A DNA stretch of 64,000 nucleotides from Camelus dromedarius. Taxonomy: Eukaryota. A program made the position numbers and the translations under genes. The stretch covers positions 116,934,001-116,998,000 of the forward strand of contig NC_087436.1 of NCBI RefSeq assembly GCF_036321535.1, read 5' to 3'. Below, in pieces: positions 12,476 to 26,000 of this stretch (within the stretch, counting starts at the first letter, position 1; each line of letters starts with the position of its first letter). Under the pieces are notes generated by a model, which was given only the letters and a program-made list of their open reading frames with translations, was not told where the DNA came from and made no database searches.

Positions 12476-13741
12476 GGGTAATATTCTATATCTGATTTGA
12501 CCACAGATAATAACATAGTGTTATATTCCTGGGTCAAAAATAGTATTTGGAAAGACAAAGCAAAACCACTCATAGAATCCACCAACAGCAAATTAATCTC
12601 CATTAATCAGAATGCTAAGATACTTGATCCCGGCAGAAAGCACAGATGAGGATAAGGGATGGAATTAGAGGTGTAAGGAACGTCTTTCTCAGGGGGGAGA
12701 AGGCATTATCAATGGCTGTATCTCAGAGACTTCAGCTATGGAATCGGATAAGCTTTGCTGCTGTTGGACTGATCTATGCCTTTCCTACTGAAAGGAAGAC
12801 CCAGGAGTACTGACATTTTCCTGAAACAGGTAGGCATTTCTCCAGAGCCTGCAGGGATCCACAGCACATTTCTAAACCTTTTTTCAACACAGCACAGCAG
12901 TGAGGTACACTCCTCTGCTTCTGCACTGTCATTCCTAGGGAGGTCACACCTGGCTTAGTCAACAAAAAGACATGGGAAGTTTAAGAAGAGACCATCTCCT
13001 TTTAAAGGGAAGGATCTTGAAGCTAAGACAGCACTTAACGCACACCTCATGATGATTCCTTATTTACCTGACCCCAACCAACAGGGACATCAATGATGCA
13101 CAAGCTGACTCTTGAGCAACCTCCATGACCCCATCAGTTAAGAGACTAGTCTTCCTTTACCGTGGCTCCCTCTGTAGGTGAGCCTGATTTCTACTCATCA
13201 CCTTCTAGGTAGGGCAGCACAGGGAAGCCTGGGGAAAAGGAGGCCCAAGGAGAAACCCACTGGAGAATAAAACAGCCCTCTGTTCCTTCTATGCAGACAT
13301 GCCTATTTATTTAAACATGTCCCTCTAAGCTAGTCTGCTAGGATTTCAGGTAAGGAATATACCCCTCCTCTGAACTTGGTGGGGATTTCTGTGCAGCAGT
13401 AAAATAGGAACTAGGTCTCTTCACGGATATTGTCTTCAAAGATACAATTTGCTCTCTTTACCAGCATTTCTTTTCAAATTTGCAGGTACAGATGGATGGT
13501 GACCATCATAAACTATCTTTCAGGGAAGAATCCTGGAAAGTCAGTTCTTCATAGTCACCAATCTACACTACATACATAAAATTCTCCATGTCCTACTTTA
13601 GGGGAGCGGGTATTCATGAACAGGTAACAATCCAAGGTCGTATCAATAATAGTACACAGCTACATCAAAGTGGAAAGGAAAATGTATGGTTTATCTCTAG
13701 TGCTAATCTCTTGCTATACGAGTGACTAATGTCAGCATAGT

Positions 13742-13890
13742 CTGACCCAACCAGGGTGATCTTATTCAGGTGACGTCACTGATTCAGGACCCTAAACACA
13801 TCTGAAAAGCTCGCCCTTGCCATACTAATGGTGGTCATCACATCAGTGGCAGAGATCCTGGGGCCATCTTAGAATTTTGCATGTGAACAG
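13742..13890 (-). mobile_element. MLT1E-like MaLR LTR remnant (paralog of 33984-34504)
   Basis: 'ggggccatcttagaattttgc' is the reverse complement of the MLT1E 5' end. The downstream flank matches the one after 34504. Confidence 0.65.
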
Positions 13891-14089
13891 CAAGTGTTCC
13901 CTCTAAGATCATCTTTACTTAGCCAGTGATGGTTAAAACCACACTTTCTGCAACCTAAGGGGAAAAAAGTAAGGCAAGATGCGGGCTATAAGAAGATGCT
14001 AAATTCAAAAGTCCATATGAAACAGTAAATTGAAGCAGACAGAAACTTAGAAGTGAGCCAGTTGGTTGAACTATTGTACTTGCAAAGCA

Positions 14090-14385
14090 ATCCTGTCAAC
14101 AAAGTGTGTCCCTCTGGGCTGCACATTATAGCTGAAGAGCATCGAAGGATGTTCTCAGCAAGCCCACACACTCAGACTAGGTTACCTGAAGAAACTACCT
14201 CAACTCAACCTTGATGAGCAAGCAGTTCAAGCACTGCTACATCAAATGCAGAAAACAGTAGCGCAGAATTCAGCAACGGCTGTCAGCAGAAGCGCCAACC
14301 AGATTATATCAGTGGCGAAGGTGGTGGCCCCATTATACAGAACTGCTGCAAACATTTGCCCCGTGAGTCCTGGAATTTCCTGTGA
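14090..14385 (+). pseudogene. LEUTX: LEUTX-like homeobox pseudogene, copy 1 (3'-truncated)
   Basis: Reads ...THSD*...QLNLDEQAV / ...SANQIISVAKVVAPLYRTAANICPVSPGIS, versus human LEUTX (recalled) ...LQLDLSVV...PANQTTSVKKEETPSAITTANIRPVSPGIS. Confidence 0.85.
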
Positions 14386-15975
14386 CTTTGCCACCCAGAA
14401 CAAAGGGAGCACGTGGCAAGGAAGGCTGAAAGCCTGTGACTCAGAGCCATGGGTATGAGTGTCTGGGAGAGAAGATCTAATTGACCCAGACCCACAAAAG
14501 TACTGCTCATTGTTAACACTCACTGAGAATTGTCTGTGTATAAGTTGGTGCACTCATACTCAACTCTTCCAGGGAAGCTGTAAAGTAAGGCAGCTCACCT
14601 GGATGTCACAAGTATGCAGGGAAGGAAGTTTCCCTTTTTTAAGATGTAGGAACAACAATATTGGCTAGACAAAAGTAAAAGGGCAAGGTTCTATCCATCA
14701 AGGGCTCAGGTGTTGGGCATCACCACCTACCTCCTTCCCCACTCACAGACTTCTGGACAGAAGTCAAAGAAACATATTTTTGAAAGGATTCCCCTTTGAA
14801 TATCAGTGCAGGGTCTAGTCAAGCCATGCTCTGGATTTAGGCTTTGCCAAGCTTTGCACATAAGGAAAGTGGTGGAAAAAACCTCTCAGTCTCCCTTTTG
14901 AGGCAATCATGGGAGTTGCAAATGGGAAGACAGCATGGCTTCCTTTGAAATAACAGGAGCTGGAGAAGGTGGAATATCAGGACAGATTATGCTATTTTGA
15001 AAGAAAAAGTTGGAAATTGTTCAAATACAACTTTTTCTAGCAAACAAGGCAACACAGCCTCCATTCCCTGTATAGGCGAGATGAAATCTCTCCCCTGGAT
15101 ATGACTCTTTCTCTTTCTAACAGCTCTGATGCCTTCAATTCCAGCGGGCTAATGGTGTCTGAAAAAGATATTTGGGGGTACATGATAAAGGATGGGTGCT
15201 TGGGAGGGAACAACATACACATAATATGGTATGTTTCTCTGCTCTGTAGGTTACAAGCACCCTACTCCACCTCCAGGACCATCTTCTCCTATCATATGTA
15301 GCTCAGGTTCACGTACACGAATCAGCTCTTTGCTAGGATATCCTAATCCAGTGGACAGCTCATGGAAAATGCACCAGCAAGAATGCTCGAGGGACACTCT
15401 TCTGCTTTAGCTCTGCCATCCCTAGAGGGGTTCAACCTTAGCCTCAGTCAATAACAAGGATAATGGAGGATGAGGGGAGGTCGCTTACTTTACAAGGGCA
15501 TAATCCTGAAGGTCAGTCATTTCTTTTGCTTATATTCAATGCCAGTGCATTGCTGTATGATAACAGCTAATAGAAATAAAACAGGTGTATCACCTTTACT
15601 CAAGCTGACTCATGAGGAAGTCATGTGCCCATGTAAGTTACATGCATGCAAGGTCCTCCCCAGCCCCTTCCTCAGGGCAGCTACCTCTAAGAACTTCTCC
15701 TGGATCAGCACAGAGTTTAGCAAAAATCAAACGACAAACTGGCAAAAAACCACACACCAATTATCCCATCTTCCAGACAGGTCCAATCTTTACAGAATTC
15801 TTTCAATGATCGTCTAAGATTTAGGGGAAGGGCTATAGGCCCCAAGTCCTCCTCAGTGGAAGAGTAGTGCTTGTGGGAAAAAGAAAGCAGATCTCTTTAC
15901 CAATACTTCCTTCCACAAAAGCCAATTTTCTCCTCCTAAACTATGAAATTTTCATGAAAGTTAGATGGTGTGGTA

Positions 15976-18025
15976 GGAGAGAGGGTGTCAAAAATACCTA
16001 CGGCCGAGGACCACGAGCTCGTCTCTCCTCCTGGCTATAACCAAAGCACAACTGCTAAACAACCATGGAAAAAAAGACTGGAGCCTAGCAAGAAAGATCT
16101 TCTTCAACTGGAAACATAAGGAGGGAACCACAGTGAAATGGTAGGAGGGGCGTGCTTGCGATATAATTGGACCCCATACCCACCAGGTGGCCGACCCACA
16201 AGCTGAGGGACAATTAAGTCGCAGAGGGCCCCCCCCCCACAGAAGTGAGCATTCTAAGCCCCACATCAGGCTCCCCAGCCCAGGGTTCCAGCATTGGGAG
16301 GAGGAGATCCCAGGACATCTGGTTTTGAAGGCCAATGGGGCTTATCTCCAGAAGCCCCATAGGACTGGGGGAAATAGATTTCATTCTCTTGGGAAGAGTA
16401 CACAGAATCTCATGTGCACCAAATCCAAGGGCAGAGGCAGTGATTTCACAGGAACCTGGGCCAGACCTGCCTGCTGGTTTTGGAAGGTCTCCTGGGGACG
16501 TAAAGGACAGCTGTGGCTCACCGAGGGGACATAAAAGCTGGTGGCAGACATTCCAGGAGTGTCCATCTACATAGGCTTTCCTGGAGGCTGACATCTTGAC
16601 TAGATTATTAGCACCAAGACTTGGCCCCACCCAACAGCCTGTTGGGAAGCCTCAGGCCAAACAATATACAGGGTGGAAACACAGCCCCACCCATCAGCAG
16701 ATTTCCTAAGCCACAAATGCCTCTAGACACAGCCCTACCCACCAGAGGTCCAGGACTTGAAGCTTCACTCAGCAGTGGGCAAGCACTGGCTCCTCCTGCC
16801 AGGAAACCTGCATAAGCCTCTAGTCCTACCTTGTCCACTGGGGGGGCAGATACCAGAAATAAGAAAACAACAATCCCAAAGCCTATGGAGGGAATCCACA
16901 AACACAGGCCAGACTCTACACTGGGACTGGCTGGACCCTGGCCCTTGGGTGACAAGAGAAGAGTGTCCTGTTGGGACACATAGGACATGTCCCACAGAAG
17001 GCCACCTCTCCAAGGTCAAGAAACATAACTAATCTACCTAAAAATACAAATAGAAAGATAGACAATATGAGGCAGCAGAGGAATATCTCCCAGGCCAAGG
17101 CACAAGATAAAATCCCAGAAGAAGAAATAAGTGATGAAGAGATATGCAATTTATCTAGGAAAGAGTTTAAAGTAATTGATGCCAAAGATGTTCAGAGAAC
17201 TAAAGAGGAGTATAGATGCACAGAGTGAAGTTTTTAGCAAAGAGTTGGAAAATATAAAGAATACCCAAACAAAGTTGAAGATAATGAATAACATGCTATA
17301 AGGAACCAGGAATAGACTAAATGAGGCAGAAGAATGGATCAGTGAGTTAGAAGACAGATTCTTCTATGGAAATCACTACTGCAGAACAGAAAAAAGAAGA
17401 AAAGAATGAAAAGAAATGAGGATAGTTAAAGAGAGCTCTGGCACAACATGAAGCACACTAATATCCATATTATGGGGGTCCCAGAAAGAGAAGAGAGAGA
17501 GAAAGGACCTGAGAAAATTTTTGGAGAGAATCACTGAAAACTTCTCCAACCTGAGAAAGGAAACAGTCGCCCAAGTTTAGGAAGCGTAGAGAGTACCATA
17601 CAGGATCAACCCGAAGAGGAACACACTGAGGCACATAGTGATCAAATTGACAAAAAATTAAGGATAAGGAGAAAATATTAAAATTAGCAAGAGAAAAGCA
17701 AGAAGTAACATAAAAGGGAACTCCTATAAGGTTATCAGCTGATTTTTCAGCAGAAATTCTAGAGGCCAGAAGAGAGTAGCATGATATATTTAAAGTGAGA
17801 AAGGGGAAACCTTACAACCAAGGATACTCTATCAAGCAAGGCTCTCATTCAGATTTGATGGAGAAAACAAAAGTTTCACAGATAAACAAAAGCTGACAGA
17901 TTTCAACACCACCAAACCAGCTTTACAACATGTTAAAGACATTCTCTAGTCAAACCATAAGAAAAGAGAACAAAAAGAGGAAAGAGAAGAAAAAAAAAAA
18001 AAAAAAAAAAAGGAGACCTACAAAA
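15976..18025 (+). mobile_element. LINE-1 5'UTR plus ORF1 (disrupted) and start of the inter-ORF spacer
   Basis: GC-richer 5'UTR; ORF1 start MRQQRNISQAKAQDKIPEEEISDEEICNLSRKEFKVI; ORF1 end TKPALQ; A-rich spacer ending 'gacctacaaaa'. Confidence 0.92.
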
Positions 18026-18560
18026 GATTGCTTTGGCTGTTCGGGGTCTTTTGTGGTTCCTTACAAATTTTGGAATTGTTCTAGTTCTGTGAGGAATGTC
18101 GCGAGTATTTTGATGGGAGTTGGGTTGGATCTGTGGATTGCTTTGGGTAGTGTGGCCATTTTGATAATGTTGATTCTTCCAATCCCAGAGCACAAGATAC
18201 CTTCCATTTCTTTGTATCATCTTCAGTTTCCTTCATCAATGTTTTACAGTTTTTGGAGTATATGTGACTTCCTTGGTTAAGTTTATTTCTGGGTATTTTG
18301 TTGTTTTTGATGTTTATGCTAGTTATAAAGTTCTGGTTTTTGAAGTTAAAAGAAAAAAAAAGTGAATGAATGGCTGCAAGTGGCAAAACACCCTTCTTAT
18401 GGGTGAGCTGTATTCCATTACATGTGTATGCTGCATCTTCTTTATCCATTCATCTGTTGATGTGCACTTAAGAGCTTCCATATCTTGGCAATTATAAAGA
18501 ATGTTGCTGTTGATAGTGGGGTGTATGTATCTTTTTAAATTAATTCTTATTTTGTGGTTG
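18026..18560 (-). mobile_element. Inverted L1 ORF2 3' fragments
   Basis: 'gattgctttggct...gggtcttttgtggttcc' and 'ttctttatccattcatctgttgatg' are antisense L1 ORF2 C-terminal sequence. Minus-strand ORFs give [18 protein letters not shown] and [18 protein letters not shown]. Confidence 0.9.
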
Positions 18561-19149
18561 GCTTTATTCCTTTGATAACTATATAAGTTTAAAAAGCTAA
18601 AGCACTAAATGTTCTTAGAAACAATGAAAAGTACATATAGGTAAATTTTTAAAAAATATTGACAGTATATTGTGTATATGTATTTACATGCAATATATTG
18701 TATATGTGCAGTCAAATTGTAACAATTTTACCTAATAAAACTAAAAAATGAAAGAAAAAAAAACTATGGCCAAGGGAGAATTCTAGAAACACCCAACAAC
18801 TTTCAGCAAACCACCAACACTTAAAGGCATAAAATTCCTCAGAACCTATTCAGTAAAGGCCCCTATTAAGACAGGAGGAACATCCCCAAGGTCCCTTCCA
18901 TTATAAAGAATGGAAAAGATCTAAAATTAAAAAGCTGACAGAGGTGAGGAAGGGCAGCTAAATCAAAACAATAGGGATAATATGATTGAGCACACTGCAA
19001 ACTGCTCTTTGTAGGAGCAGCTGAGGTGGAAATGGGTCTCTTTACAACTATCTGATGAATGGAAGAGAGGAAACTCTCACCTCCTGAAAGATACTGCTTT
19101 GAGTTGGTGGCTTGGGAAATACCCAGAGACATGATATGTCATATTCAAC

Positions 19150-21500
19150 ACTAGAGGAGACCTCCATCTGATGGCACATCCCAGGAAATGTAAAGGGTTA
19201 AAACCCTGACATCCAACAGGTGGGTCCAGGATATCATCTTACTGTTTCAACAGAAGCATTCCTCCTAGGCATGCGGTCCTCAGATGCTCAGTATTTCGAA
19301 AAAGAATAAAGACAGTGCTGTCATCATCTAACAGGAAGAGATTCCCTACACTGAACTCCTCCCCAATTGTGATGATCAGAATTGTGTGTTGCGATTCAAA
19401 AATCAACGTAATTCATCATAGTACTAAAGAAGAAAAACTTCATGATCATTTCAGTAGGTGCAGAAAAAGCATTCAAAATTCAACACCCATTCTTGATTTT
19501 TAAAAGTGTCAGGCTCAAAAGGAAAGGAAATTTCTCCAATCTGATAAAAGGCATCAAATGGAAAACACAGAGTTCACATTATACTTAGGAGTATGAATGC
19601 TTTCCTCTTCAGATGAGGGGAAAAAGCAAGGAAGTTCCAGGGTCTCTAGCCAGTGCAATAAAGCAAGAAAAATGAAGCAAAAGACATCCAGATTGGAAAG
19701 AAAGTAGTAAAACTATTCAGATGTCTCATTGATTATATGTTGAAATAATGTTTTGGGGTTAAATATAATTTTAAAAGAATCGTGTGTGTTGAAGAGATGC
19801 CTCTGAACTGCTTTTACTAGCAATTTTTCATCAATAAAAGATGCAGTCATTTTTCTGGGTATTTGCCAAGGTAATTAAAAAAATCTGTGTCAGGAAAGAG
19901 CAGCAGTCACTCATAATAAGCATTTCAGGAGACCATTCTTAGGGAAGTGGGTTCATAATGACTTGAGGGACTGGAAATGAGCCCCCTGCTTTTTTTCTTG
20001 CTGAAGACAGATGCAGCCTCTGTGCCCCTGCCAGCTTTGCAAAGACGAACGGGGCTCCTGTCCTCTGACAGAAATTTCAGAAAACAATATAGGGCTGGCA
20101 GTTAATTTTCACTTGAAGACTTCTTTCAGCCTTTGCTGAGGAAGAATTCAATTTTCCTCCTGACAGTGCACTGGTAACCAGTCACCAACAATATAATCCA
20201 AGAACCAGTGACCAGTAAAAATCAAGATGAAATAGCCGGAGTAAATCTAGACTTCACAGCCCCCATCCTTGAGCATTTACTTTTGAGATACAAGAAGTTA
20301 AGGTCAGAAAAATAAATGACAAAAATATCTCTAGGAACCAGTTGACAGCACTGATAGGAATACAGCCAGCTGAGACATCCTATTAAGTCTATACTGTCAG
20401 GTGGAAGAGAAAGTCAGATTAGACATGGGGACCCAACTTCAAATCCAGACATTTATTTTCCTGATGCAAATCACTCTCCCAGGGCAACCCTGTCCAGGCT
20501 AGGGGAAAAAGAAAAAAACATCCAGGCATAGTCTGGACAAGTAGACTGGCTCATCACCGTAGACTCTCAGATCCACTAAGTGTTCCTCAAACTTCTGTCA
20601 GAGAAGCCAAGATGAGACAAAAGCGCTCCTGCCCAGAGCTGGCCTGTGAGGTCCCTGCCTCGCAGTAGCTCATGGGTCAGCAGGGCGGCCCAGAGAAGTG
20701 GAACCCTTGTCACCACACATCAGCAATGCACGCCTGTCTGACATGGTCTGAAAATTTTTCCTGTGGCACCCATCCTCTAGGAACTCAGAAACATGTTTCC
20801 TGAAACGTATCACCAGACACAATCAGAGAAGGGAAAAGTCTGGGAAGACAAGCCTAGGACAAATCCCAACCCAGAAAATACACTAGACTCACGTTGTTAC
20901 CTCACAAGATATACTGAAGCCCAAGCTTCAACGTCACTGTGGTGACTGGAACAGTCACAGAATTCTCCTCCACGTTTCCAGACTGGTCCCTGGCTGGCCA
21001 AAGCAGAAAGTTCTGCTAGGGACCCATCATGAGCACCGTCCCCTCGGCTTTTCTGGGTCAGTCTTGTTGCTGGCGGTGTCAAAAGCCATAAAGTTAAGGA
21101 GCGCCCAGCTGAAGCCTTCCTATAGTCAATCTGCACTTCCTACATGCATTTCCAGCAGGTACACCCTATACCTTATGGTCTACAAGCACCCATCAGCTTA
21201 GCGAATAGATTTACAGCAACTCGAGTGGACCATCCTGCAACAGGACTGAGATCTGACACATGTTGTGAGATGATCCATTCCCCCCAACTATATTTTTGGG
21301 AAGAGTAACCAAAGCCCATGCAAAAGGAGCCCACAGATTAAGGAGGGCTGCACTCGAAGGTACCAGCACAGTAAGATATGAGTCCATGACCCATGAATTC
21401 ATCATTGGAACATGATCTTACAACAGTGCGAAGTGCCAGAGATATGAGATCTCAAGGGGTTCAAGCCTTGGGAGAAGACCTGGCAACCCAGACCACAGGA
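19150..21500 (+). repeat. Core array unit, subtype II
   Basis: Closest to 23690-26000, for example 'gtgggttcat.atgacttgagggac..gaaatgagcccc' at ~19946 and ~24110. Confidence 0.85.
19392..19790 (+). mobile_element. Old L1 ORF2 fragment inserted in one unit
   Basis: 'catgatcatttcagtaggtgcagaaaaagcatt...aaaattcaacaccc' is from the L1 RT region. It is absent from the paralog at ~23930 and flanked by TSD-like 'gaattgtgtgttg' / 'gaatcgtgtgtgttg'. Confidence 0.8.
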
Positions 21501-21563
21501 AGGAAAATATACCATATGAAATACACCTAATTATACATCCTGAAACAACCCATTCTCATCTAT

Positions 21564-21588
21564 TGTGTGTGTGTGTGTGCGTGTGTGT
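21564..21588. repeat. (TG)n microsatellite
   Basis: tgtgtgtgtgtgtgtgcgtgtgtgt. Confidence 0.95.
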
Positions 21589-21879
21589 TAGAAGAGAACG
21601 AGTTTTAAGGAGAAATCATGCTTCGAATACAGTGAAGTTAATTATTGTTAACTTTTGGCAGCCAAGGTATACAGGCAGGCTTTGTAGAAGACAGAGGTAG
21701 GGGTAAGTCTGGATGGGATCTAGGGACCCTGTAAAATTCTTCCTGTGATGGGGGCTTTTCCCCTCTCCTAAGAGGTTGGAGAGGGAACACCTTGCTTCAG
21801 TAGCACTGAACCTGTCCTGCTCAAAGGGAAACCTAGGACACACGGGCTGTGCCCTGCAACACCTTGCCTTCTCAGGCCC

Positions 21880-22625
21880 CTTGTACATACAGTCCCATCT
21901 CAGTTGCACAGGGGAAGGATACCTTAGGAGGTAACCACAAACAAGGTGGCAGACAGGGGCAGTCCATAAATGACTGGACTCTTGTCCCTCGGTTGAGTCA
22001 ATTCTGAGGTGCATTATGGTTCCTCAGAGGATCCCCTATGGGACTGAGTCGAGGTGACCAGCTCAATCATACCCAATCCAGTGGCTGCTTATAGCATGCC
22101 ATCTCTGGTTCGCTCCTCCCTTCGCTGGGCTCTCTGTTATATGACAAGGGAGAACTCAGGCACAGATGTATTAAGGCTGCTAATCAGATGACTTGAAAGA
22201 GATTACCCTGGATGTTGCCCATGGGCACCATGTAATCACAAGGGTGATTAAAGGGATAGAGTAGAAGAGGGGATTCAGAAGTGGAGGCAAGAGCAGTTTC
22301 AAGATAAAAGGTAAACTTTGAAGAAAAAAGTACTGACTCTGAAGATCAAAGACGGGGCCCACGACATGAAAAGCAGGGAGCGTTAGAAAGTAGAAAAGAC
22401 AAGGAAAGAAAGCGTCTTCTAGAAAACCAAAAAGGAACACAACCCAGCAAACCTGATTTTATCCAAGTGACACCCATTTCAAACTCTAATCTCCAAAACT
22501 GACAGATTAGATTTTGACGTAAGTGGAAACTTAGTGATTTGTCAGAGCAGTAATAGGAGATAAACACAGTTCCTGCCCGAATACCTTATTTCAGACTCCA
22601 TGTTCAGGGGAGTCCATACTAACTC
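21880..22625 (+). mobile_element. LTR16-like remnant interrupted by MLT1D
   Basis: 'caattctgaggtgcatt...ggttcctcagaggatcccc' precedes the MLT1D insert and 'cctgcccgaataccttatttcagactc...ggggagtccatactaa' follows it. Confidence 0.7.
22135..22566 (+). mobile_element. MLT1D-like MaLR LTR (5' part deleted)
   Basis: 'attaaggctgctaatcagatgac...gagattaccctggat...atgtaatcacaaggg' and a 3' end 'gcagtaataggagataaaca'. Confidence 0.85.
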
Positions 22626-23074
22626 ACTGAGGTTGCTTTTATACTTCAAACAAATAGGATTCATAAATATTCTTCCTCTGGCAGCCCTGATCAAGAAGAA
22701 AACTGTCATAAAATGAGAAACGTGTCTTCTTAGCCTCCCAACCTATAGTATTGAAACGGTATAAACAGCGTTCATTGAATGCATTTGTGCTTCTATATTT
22801 GAAGTTTAAATTCAAAGACTTAAATTACTAAAGTTTACCCCCAGGGCTCAGGGATCCTGGGGCCATCTTAGAATCCTGCCCACTGCTAATATTATCTTTA
22901 CTCAAGCCAGCAACAGGGGTAAAAACCACGCTTTCTGCCCTCAAAGGGAAACAAGTTGAGGAAAGATGTGTCCTATACAAGGTGGTGACTTCAGAGGCCA
23001 CATGTCAAAGGAAATTGAAGCAGACAGAGCAATTTAGAAGTGACCCCACTAACTGAACCACTGTATACCCAAAG

Positions 23075-23633
23075 AAGTCTTTTCAGCTGTAAGAACGATG
23101 CAGCCCCTGTGGGCTCCCTTTGGCTCTGCTGACAGTATTGAAAGATGTGCTCATCAAGCCCACACACCCAGATTGTATACCTGGAGAAACTCTCGACCTT
23201 GACCTTGATAGACAGGTAAACCAAGCCCTATTACATTCAACGAAGAAAGTAGTATCACAGAATTGGTCAGCGGTCAGAAGCCATGGCCAGACTGTTTCAG
23301 AGGAGGAAGAACATGGGGAAGAGGAAGAACAGAACAGCGGCAAGCATTTGCCCTGTGGGTCCTGGCATTTCTGATGCCTGTGACCCTGCGATGCCTACGT
23401 GTTCTGGCGCCTGGAGGGGCTGCTGCCCCTGTTTGGAATTCTCCATGGGATTCTCCACCTCAGGATGGCCAGCAAACATGGCTGCGGATCACTAGACCTT
23501 GTTAGGTCTCCATTTTCTGGGACAGATCAACTTATGCAATTCTACCCTCCCATGGAAGATGATCCCAGCATCCCAGATCACATCTTTCCCCAGTGTCCCA
23601 CCTGCTAGGAGCCAGCATCCGTCTTCAGTATGG
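23075..23633 (+). pseudogene. LEUTX: LEUTX-like homeobox pseudogene, copy 2 (near full length, frameshifted)
   Basis: Frames join to LTVLKDVLIKPTHPD...LDLDRQV / QTVSEEEE / RTAASICPVGPGISDACD / APGGAAAPVWNSPWDSPPQDGQQTWL / TDQLMQFYPPMEDDPSIPDHIFP / QHPSSV. Human LEUTX (recalled) reads LTALRELLEKTMHPS...TANIRPVSPGISDAND...NPGGASASARVSSWDSQSYDIEQICL...IDEFVKIYDLPGEDDTSSLNQYLFP...QLQSSV. Confidence 0.9.
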
Positions 23634-23689
23634 CGGTGTGGGACACACCCAGTGACATGACATGTCATATTCAACACTAGCATGAGACC

Positions 23690-26000
23690 TCTATCTGATG
23701 TCATATCCCAAGAAATGTAAAGGGTTAAAATCCTGAGGTCCAGTGGATGAACCCAGGGGTGTGTCCAGCACAAATGGTATCATTTTACTGTTCCAACAGA
23801 CCCACTCTTCCTGGCCACAGGGTCCCCAGATGCTCACTGCTGGGAAGACAGTAAGAGCGGTGCTGTCATCTCAGTAGCTAACAGGAAGAGGCTCCCCCTA
23901 CACTGAACTCTTGATTGTGAAGATTAGGATTGTGTGTTTTGGAGAGATGTCTCAAAACTATTCTCATCAATTAGAGATTTTTTTCACCTTTAAACGATAA
24001 AGTCATTTTTCTATTTTTCCTGAGTGTTTCCCGTGGTAATGACTTGTATGTCGGGTACCAGATCCTCAGGTGCCCAGCATAAGCGTTTCAGGAGACGACT
24101 CCTAGAGATGTGGGTTCATGATGACTTGAGGGACCAGAAATGAGCCCCATGCTGTCTTACCTTCCTCTGAAGACACTTGGCGTCTCCATGCCAGTGCCAG
24201 CTTTGCACAGAGAAACAGAAGTCCTGTCTTCTACTGCCAGAGATTTAAGATAGTTGTGCTCATACTTCAGCTAATTTTGACTCAAGGATATCCTTCAGCC
24301 TATGCTAAGAAAGAATTCAACCTCCATTCTGACAGGGCACTGGTCTAAACATCATGATGACCAGTCATCAGCAACAGAAATCAAAACAAGGGACCAGTAG
24401 TGACGATAAAACAGCCTGAGCAAACCTAGACTTCTAACATCCATCCTTGGACATTTAATTTTGAGATGGTAAAGGAAATGTCAGCAAAATAAAGGAAAAA
24501 AAACCACTTAGACTCAGCTGGCAGCACTGATACAAGCTTAACTCAATGAGACTATTATCGCAGCCCACCACGAAAATACTGAACCGCTGTTAAGTTCTAC
24601 ACTCTCGGGGAGGAAGAAAATTCAGAACAGATAGGAGGACTCGAATTCAAATCCAGATATTTTCATGGTGGAAAACACTCTTTCCCAGGGGAAATCAGTC
24701 CAGGCTGAAAGGATTATACCCCTGCTCCATGTATAGCCTGGACTCAGCAGTGAGGTCAACACGAGTCCAGCGTACTGAGAATCAAGAGGACCCTCAGGTC
24801 TACTGGGAGCTCCTCATACTTTACTGCCAGAGAAGCTAAGATGTGATAGGAGTAACTCTGCTCAGAGCTGGCCTGAGAGGTCCCTGCTTCACATTTGCTG
24901 ATGGTCAGCAGAGGAGCCCCAAGAAAAGGAACTCCTGTCATCATGCACCTATAAACAGCAAGTCTGTCCGACACACAGTCTCAAAGTTCTGGATTTTCTC
25001 CCATGGTGCCCATCCTCCAGGACTTCTGAAACACATTCCCCAGAAAAATGTCACCCAGCACAACCAGTAAATGGTTAAGTCTGGAAAAGAAGGTACAAGC
25101 GTAGCAGAATCTCAACCCAGAAAATACACTGTACTCACTTTTTTCTCTCATAGGATACAGTGAAGTCCAGGGAGGGTAACATTGTGGTGACTGGAACAGT
25201 TACAGAATTCTGTTCCATTTCTTCAGACAGAATCCAGCAACCCAGAGCAGAAAGTACTGCTGACTATCATGAGCTCTGTCCTCATTCTGTCTGAGACAAC
25301 AACGTTCTGGTGGTGCCTAAGGCATAGAAAGAAATTTCAAAGACATCTCGGTGCAAACTTCCTGCTTTCCTGCATCCTTTACTTCCTATGTGCCCTTTCC
25401 AGAAAGCATGTCTGACACTCAAGGTCTAACAGCATTCCATCAGCTTACAAATAGATTTACATCAAACCCAGGTGGACCATCCTTCAACAGGATGGAGATC
25501 TGATACATGTTCAGGGTTGATCTCCTCCCCTAAAATACATTTTCAGATACAGTAACCAAAACCTGTGCAAAATGAAACCACAGATCAAGGAAGATGTCAC
25601 GAGAAGTCACCACCACATTAAGATATGGACTCCATACCAACGAAGACAGTGCACTGTCATGGGATCAAGTTCACATGATTAAAGGGCCAGCTGAGAGCTC
25701 AGGGGAAAGATCTGAGTAGCCCAGGCCTGTCATACATGCTGCCATGTGATCAACATCCAGTGAATATGACCAGGAATAAATCAGAATTGAACTCCCTTCC
25801 AGAACATGCACACGGTTAATGGCTTCACCCAGAGCTTCACAAATGCTCATGAATGCACAGAATCTTTCTGATACATAAAGAACGAGGATACCCATCACAC
25901 AAATGCTTGAGTACAGCCTAGGCTGTGTCCAGCAGGGCTGACCGGATGAGAATGACACACAGAAGTCAGACCTCTCTGGCAGCTGGGGAAGCCTTTTACC
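23690..26000 (+). repeat. Core array unit, subtype II
   Basis: Collinear with 19150-21500 and 48260-49900. Confidence 0.85.

Noticed and set aside
23075..23633. A functional LEUTX gene
   Set aside because: Multiple frameshifts and loss of the helix-3 WF core in all three copies.
24910..24960. 'gagccccaag...gtcatcATGC' resembling a MAGE start context
   Set aside because: No MAGE-like ORF follows, and the ATG is not conserved in paralogs (~20710, ~48820).
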